DNA of 63,918 bases, the filler included, from Candidatus Fermentibacterota bacterium (GTDB taxonomy: Bacteria > JAFGKV01), in the NCBI GenBank assembly GCA_016928395.1. It is 7 parts of 7 records of this genome, joined end to end, with 100 filler letters (N's around TTAATTAATTAA, not from the genome) between each part and the next. Parts side by side here need not be neighbours in the genome. Positions count along the whole stretch, not along the records: positions 44,723 to 60,255 come from JAFGKV010000184.1; positions 60,356 to 63,918 come from JAFGKV010000002.1; 5 more parts are not named here. One strand, 5' to 3'. Every line of letters starts with the position of its first letter. The stretch's first letter is position 1. The position numbers were made by a program, and so were the translations under genes. Shown in pieces: positions 59,133 through 63,918 of this stretch. Below the pieces are notes generated by a model, which worked only from the letters and a program-made list of their open reading frames with translations, had not been told where the DNA came from and ran no database searches.

Positions 59133-59190
59133 GCCGAACCAATCGTTGCGGCGGGCAGCGTTGCCCCACACGCCGCTTGACGGAGCCGGG
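59133..59190 (+). mobile_element. Degenerate attC-like site
   Basis: GCCGAAC-CAAT-CGTTGCGGCGG..CGCCGCTTGACG parallels the attC at 58356; no intact R'. Confidence 0.4.
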
Positions 59191-59269
59191 AGAAAGGGGA
59201 TCTCTGTGCACCTGCGGTGGAGAACGCGTTGCCTGGACGGCCTCTCTGGGAGAGTCCGCCAGCGTCGCC

Positions 59270-59626
59270 TCACCGGCTCAGGAAGTCGATGAAGTATCGC
59301 CCTTCGCTACCCAGTTCGGCATGCCGGTCATGCCAGCGTTTCATGGCATGGGCGATTGCCTCAGGATTCCTGTTCGGGAGCCGCCGGGAGACGAGGAGCA
59401 CGCCGAAGTGGGCCTCCCCCGATTGGAAGAACTCAACCGTCAGCGATATGAAGTCGTCCCTGTTGCGTGTCACCATGACCCGGCGTTCCTGGGCGGCAAA
59501 GCGGAGTTGTTCTCGATCAGAGAACCCGCATCGGCCGATCTCATGAACGCTCTCGATGTCCAACGACAGACTGCGGGAGATCGTGGCGATACGGGGACTC
59601 AAGTCCTCGTCAAGCAGGTAGCGCAT
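59270..59626 (-). CDS. DUF5615 PIN-like toxin
   Basis: MRYLLDEDLS..SDREQLRFAA..VTRNRDDF..HFGVL. Confidence 0.9.
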   Translation of the reverse strand: MRYLLDEDLSPRIATISRSLSLDIESVHEIGRCGFSDREQLRFAAQERRVMVTRNRDDFISLTVEFFQSGEAHFGVLLVSRRLPNRNPEAIAHAMKRWHDRHAELGSEGRYFIDFLSR

Positions 59627-59631
59627 CCGGC

Positions 59632-60057
59632 CTACCGCCCGGACTCAGAGAGCCTTGAGAACGGAAGCTCCTTGCGGACCGTCTCGGGAGCCCATCGGCG
59701 TTCCCGTTCAAGCCGGGCGTCGATCTCCTCGGGATAGAGCTCGTAGTAGCTGAGCGCCGCACGGAGTTGCGCTTCGGAGAGCCACTCGTGGTCTTCGCGC
59801 AGGGCCTGAAAGCTGCAGCCTCCTTCCTTCCATGTCGCCACGATCTCCCAGACTTCGAGCCCGGTTCCACTGACGAGAGCCCTGCGCCCCATCTGACCAT
59901 CAGCGAAGATGACTCCCGGCGCACGTCTCATGCGAATCGCCTCGGTCAACAATTCGGCAGTCGTCGCAGACCACGACTTGCCCCTCCACTCCGCCTCCCG
60001 CTCGATTTCGCGTTCGAGCACGTCTCCGAGTCTGATCCCTCTCGCTCTTGCTGGCAT
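59632..60057 (-). CDS. DUF433 antitoxin with N-terminal ribbon-helix-helix-like region
   Basis: PGVIFADG..GRRALVSGTGLEVWEIV..LSEAQLRAALSYY..YPEEID; SD GGAGGTG. Confidence 0.88.
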   Translation of the reverse strand: MPARARGIRLGDVLEREIEREAEWRGKSWSATTAELLTEAIRMRRAPGVIFADGQMGRRALVSGTGLEVWEIVATWKEGGCSFQALREDHEWLSEAQLRAALSYYELYPEEIDARLERERRWAPETVRKELPFSRLSESGR

Positions 60058-60086
60058 GTTCACCTCCGTGCATGGCGTGTCTATCT

Positions 60087-60121
60087 GTGCACAAAGTGCA
60101 CTCGACCGGTCCCTCTGTCAA
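60087..60121 (-). promoter_or_regulatory. TA promoter with overlapping palindromic operator
   Basis: TTGACA (60121-60116), 17-nt spacer, CACTTT; GTGCAC-AAA-GTGCAC at 60087-60101. Confidence 0.55.
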
Positions 60122-60255
60122 TCGCGGCGAGAACCGTCACACTCACCGCGGCGGCTGGCCGGGGACCGGGTGTATTGGTTCAGCGTGAACGAGACCGCAG
60201 GGATGTAGTAGTAAGGGACAAGTGGGGCCACGAGTATGGCCGCGTCTCTGCATAG

Positions 60256-60355
60256 NNNNNNNNNNNNNNNNNNNNNNNNNNNNNNNNNNNNNNNNNNNNT
60301 TAATTAATTAANNNNNNNNNNNNNNNNNNNNNNNNNNNNNNNNNNNNNNNNNNNN
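60256..60355. other. Artificial contig spacer
   Basis: N run containing TTAATTAATTAA. Confidence 0.99.
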
Positions 60356-60537
60356 CCATGTACCCAACTGCGCGCCGTCGCCAACGTATAGGAGGTATCC
60401 GGATTGAAGGGGCACCATGAGCCGGTGAGCGGATCAAGGGCCATCCATAGATAGAGAGCCCATTGGGCGATCACCGTAACGAGGAGTGCGGAACGCTTCG
60501 CGGGCATCGAAAGGCGCAGGAACGGTGGCCGTTTCAT
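60356..60537 (-). CDS. Membrane protein N-terminus, possibly GT-C (truncated)
   Basis: TM segment followed by PDTSYTLATARS. Confidence 0.4.
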
Positions 60538-61157
60538 GCAAAGTCCCCTACTGGATCGAAGACAATCGAAGCCTGCATAGCTATCAATGACGGCGGCGGA
60601 AGAACCGGAGCGCACGGGGCTGCCACCATTGGCAGTAAGGACCCGGACCACAGGATGTCAAGGGTCGCCCGGTCCTGGCTTCAGTGAACTGGGGGACCCC
60701 GGCGCTAGAGGACTTGCCACGTGAGCGCCGACGGATACCTTCTGAAAGCACGACGGCATTCGTGCGCCCGAAAACACCACGGTGGTATTCGATCCATGGC
60801 AAACATCCGAAGCATGCGTGGAAGGCCTCGGCCCAGCACTGAGACGCCATGGTTACCCGCCGTCGAGCGGGTTACGGGGATCGAACGTGACGGCCGATGT
60901 TTTCGATTCGAATGGCTGGACTGCTTCGAGGCCGTGGCCGGGAGAGGCCGTCTTGTCTCCCTGTACCTGTTCGAGGAGGAGGCCAGGTTGAACCGTCCTC
61001 ATCCCCTCGGACAAGGGCTGCACGGCCGGTCCTCCATTTCCCGCGGTACGACCCACTCAGTCCGGATGAGTTCAGTGGAAAGATGCCCGGGAAGGCGTTC
61101 GTCAAACACTGCAGATGCCGCCAGGCTGCAACACTCCCCCTCAGGAACTAACCCGCT

Positions 61158-62216
61158 ATGAAGGCTCGCCCCGGGATCGTCAAGTCAGCCCTCTTCGTCA
61201 TCACCGCATGGCTCCTTCTGGGCATCGCTCTCGAAGGCTTTCTTCGTCTGGCAGGCTTCGCACCGCCGGAAGGCATCAGGCTGCGGGAGCAGTATGACAA
61301 GTATCTGCCCGATGCCTCGCTCACCTGGGTCATGAAGCCCAACTGGTCGGGGAAAGAACTCAACGGAGCCAGTGTCACCACGGATGGGCTTGGCCTCCGG
61401 AGGACGCCTTCGAGTGGGGGAGTGGCCTCCCGGTGTCGCATCCTCTTCCTGGGGGATTCCGTCACCTTCGGTCATTTCCTCGGCGATCATGAGACCATAC
61501 CGTCTTGCCTGCAGGAGGCGCTCACCGAGCGATGTCGTGTTTCCGTGACGGTTCACAACGGTGCCGTACCGGGCTACAGCACGTTCCAGCAACGGAAACT
61601 CCTCGACCGGATCCGCACGGCTCTGGCTCCCAGCCTGGTGATTCTCGGGTTCTGCTTGAATGATGTGACCGAGAGATACTCGGCATTGGCTCGCTACGGT
61701 GGAGAGCGCTTCTTCATGCTCACAGTGGACACCGAAACCGATCTGGATCTTCTCGTGCGGCTGTGGCGAAGGAGTGCCATTCGCACTGCATTCGTCCGCA
61801 CCGCTCGCTCCGCGGCGCAACGCAGAGAGATGTATGCCGTGCGGAAGCTCTGGGAAACACCCAATGCGCCGCATATTCAGGCGGCGTGGGCGCAGGTCAT
61901 GAGCGAACTCGATGAGCTGACGGAGACGTGCAGAGCGGCGGGGATCGAACTCGTCGTTGTCCTCTACCCTTTCAGGGATCAGCTTCTCGATCCCTCGGGC
62001 TCAAGGATCCCTCAGGACCGGTTGTGTGGGCACCTTTCGACCCGGGGAGTACCCCACCTTGACCTGCTCGGCCCTCTCGCTTCGTTAGGAATCCCGCCTG
62101 ATTCGCTCTTCATGGATGCTGACCACTTCACATCACGGGGAGCCCGGCTGGTTGCCGGCTTGGTCGCGGAGTTCCTCCTCGATTGCCGTGCAGTGGTGTG
62201 GGAAGATATCCCCTGA
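61158..62216 (+). CDS. SGNH/GDSL hydrolase, membrane anchored
   Basis: FLGDSVTFG, NGAVPGYST, FCLND, MDADHF. Confidence 0.9.
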   Translation: MKARPGIVKSALFVITAWLLLGIALEGFLRLAGFAPPEGIRLREQYDKYLPDASLTWVMKPNWSGKELNGASVTTDGLGLRRTPSSGGVASRCRILFLGDSVTFGHFLGDHETIPSCLQEALTERCRVSVTVHNGAVPGYSTFQQRKLLDRIRTALAPSLVILGFCLNDVTERYSALARYGGERFFMLTVDTETDLDLLVRLWRRSAIRTAFVRTARSAAQRREMYAVRKLWETPNAPHIQAAWAQVMSELDELTETCRAAGIELVVVLYPFRDQLLDPSGSRIPQDRLCGHLSTRGVPHLDLLGPLASLGIPPDSLFMDADHFTSRGARLVAGLVAEFLLDCRAVVWEDIP

Positions 62217-62492
62217 CTGAGTCTTAGCCCCTGTCTACTCGGCGGTCTGGATCCCACTCAAAGGCCATCGCATCATGACGAAATGCGCAAAGACACCCGA
62301 TTCCGCTCACCGATGCAGCCAGGAGCATACTCTACTGTGCGCCCACTCGCCCGGACTGATGGCGCCTGTGGTTGAACGGGAGCAAGATGTGGCGCCTGGC
62401 GGCCGAGGTTCTCCTTGTCGGTTCAGGAGGCTCTCCCCCTGTCTGACACCGCGGGGGAGTATGACTGATGCCGTTGTTCAGACGGCTCTCCC

Positions 62493-63524
62493 TCATTCGT
62501 TTCCCATGTAGCTCTGCAGGTGCCTGACAACGTTCTCCAGCTTTGGGAGACCCTGGACGCGGCGCACCCTCATGGGCACATGCTCCGCCAGGTTTCTGAC
62601 GAGGAACTCCATGACATCGCGGCGCACCTTGATGGCGCCGGGTATGAATCCGATTTCGGTGAGGCGCGTGACGATCAGAGGAATCACCTCGCCCCACATC
62701 TGCTCCAACGCGGGCAACGGGGAAAGCATGTCCATGGAGAGAATGGTGCCGCTTCCACCATCCACCAGCAAGAGCATATAAGCGAAGTACGGTCGCTCGT
62801 TCTTCGCGTGCACCGGCGTGGAAGTCATCATGACAAGGTCAACCTCGATCACATCCTTGGTCTGAGGATGCCTCAAGAGACCTGCGATCATGCCCTGGGT
62901 GAGACGCGCCGGTATCTCCAGAGCAGGCGGAAGGGGCATGTCCCGTTTCTCATCCACCCAGACTGAACGACCCGCACTCTGGTCTAGCCGGCGGATGAGG
63001 TGCCAGCGATCATCAGGCCGCCCCAGTATCGAAGGATCATCCTTCACTCGCATGACCACGACTTCGGTCTGCTCCAGAATGTGAGCCGTGATGCGCATCT
63101 CGTCGACATCCAGAAACCAGGGAACGCATCCCGGATAGGTGGAGCGAAAGCATGGCCACGCCTGGGATCCCCTGAACTTCAGGCCCAGCTCCCGGATTAT
63201 CCCAAGTTCCGGCGTTTCGAGAAAGTTCCTGCCCTCAAAAGACGCCTGAATCTGGCGCATCTCCAGGATATCCTGCGGGCTCGTATCGCCCTCCCTTGTC
63301 TGGAGCCACAAGAACCGATGGAGCGCAGACTCCCCGAGATAGGCGATCACGGCCAAATGCTCACCCAGGGCGCCCGAGATGCTCACATACGCGACGGTCT
63401 TGGAGTCGGGATCCTCGACTCCGAAGATCTCATCCTCGCGCATCCATGTCCACGGGGCAAGCTCCTTGATCCGAATTGCCCGCTCGTACAGGGCGCGCCA
63501 CGCCGCAAGGCTCACGCTATCCAC
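62493..63524 (-). CDS. Conserved hypothetical protein
   Basis: GTG start after GGGGAGGAG; LAPWTWM..IFGVEDP..YVSISGALGEH..KFRGSQAWP.FRS..PG..PW pattern. Confidence 0.7.
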   Translation of the reverse strand: MDSVSLAAWRALYERAIRIKELAPWTWMREDEIFGVEDPDSKTVAYVSISGALGEHLAVIAYLGESALHRFLWLQTREGDTSPQDILEMRQIQASFEGRNFLETPELGIIRELGLKFRGSQAWPCFRSTYPGCVPWFLDVDEMRITAHILEQTEVVVMRVKDDPSILGRPDDRWHLIRRLDQSAGRSVWVDEKRDMPLPPALEIPARLTQGMIAGLLRHPQTKDVIEVDLVMMTSTPVHAKNERPYFAYMLLLVDGGSGTILSMDMLSPLPALEQMWGEVIPLIVTRLTEIGFIPGAIKVRRDVMEFLVRNLAEHVPMRVRRVQGLPKLENVVRHLQSYMGNE

Positions 63525-63699
63525 GGCTCCTCCCCTTCGAAACAGAGTCTCGAAACAACCATCCGTCGGTGGTACGGCACGACATACGTTCAGCCATGGC
63601 TCACGACGATAGGTTTGAACCCCCCGCAGACAAGTAGGGGCATATCCTCCCGAACACAAGATGGGCACGCTGGGAGTCAATGAGTACGGCCGGCAGGTG

Positions 63700-63897
63700 G
63701 CTATCGGCTGTCAGCTGTCGGCCCTCAGCTATCAGGCCCGCCCAACGCTACGAGAAACCGTTGCCTCGTACGGGCGACCGTCCCTGGTCGCCCGCCGGGA
63801 TCGGGGTCGGCTGCACGGGCGGGCACAGAGTCCCGCCCCTACGGAACTTTGCACGGCACCGTTGCCTCGAACGGGCGACCGTCCCTCGTCGCCCGCC
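63700..63897. repeat. Heptamer repeats plus REP-like palindromes (40-bp direct repeat at 63757-63796 and 63858-63897)
   Basis: GGGCGACC..GTCGCCC hairpins, with CCCGCCCCTAC (GTAG-type) between them. Confidence 0.8.
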
Positions 63898-63918
63898 AGG
63901 GGCGGGGCTCAGGGTCGC

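Noticed and set aside
13002-60355. Six identical TTAATTAATTAA motifs in N runs
   Set aside because: Artificial six-frame-stop contig linkers, not biology; ORFs crossing them are truncated
60660-61150. Possible decayed gene upstream of the SGNH hydrolase
   Set aside because: No frame gives a recognisable family
63757-63897. 40-bp repeats as CRISPR
   Set aside because: Two copies only, and the spacer contains a REP-like palindrome

Overview
GC-rich bacterial draft or metagenome-assembled sequence made of seven contigs joined by artificial 100-bp N spacers carrying TTAATTAATTAA (contigs 1-13001, 13102-25199, 25300-38167, 38268-41770, 41871-44622, 44723-60255, 60356-63918). Adjacency across the spacers means nothing. 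Contig 1 has a structured non-coding element reminiscent of an IS110-family 5' end without a transposase, a cluster of small stress/envelope genes with sigma54-like promoters, a YbjT-like oxidoreductase, remnants of a collapsed operon, a tandem DUF3857-transglutaminase protein and a gltX fragment. Contig 2 has ugd, parS-parA-parB, perR-rbr-dfx-TIGR02757, a Gld-like ABC/DUF4340 system and DedA. Contig 3 has a RACo/ASKHA protein, GT2, YihY, a Wzz-like protein, a SMUG1-type UDG, a ZraPSR-like system and a NodIJ-like ABC transporter. Contig 4 has a LiaF-like gene, a pilin and a GT-C glycosyltransferase. Contig 5 has the end of epmA, a GyrI-like gene and hypCDE. Contig 6 has a LamG/propeller hybrid kinase, a sigma54 activator with an atypical winged-helix tail, a cyclase-STAND-TPR protein, a decayed attC cassette cluster and a DUF433/DUF5615 TA pair. 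Contig 7 has an SGNH hydrolase and a conserved hypothetical. Intergenic DNA is rich in REP-like and modular micro-repeat families shared between contigs. The best leads are the orphan IS110-like RNA, the eroded attC array, REPs with nested mini-hairpins, and a start-codon duplication that creates a bridging ORF. All family assignments come from motif recognition by eye; no database searches were run.
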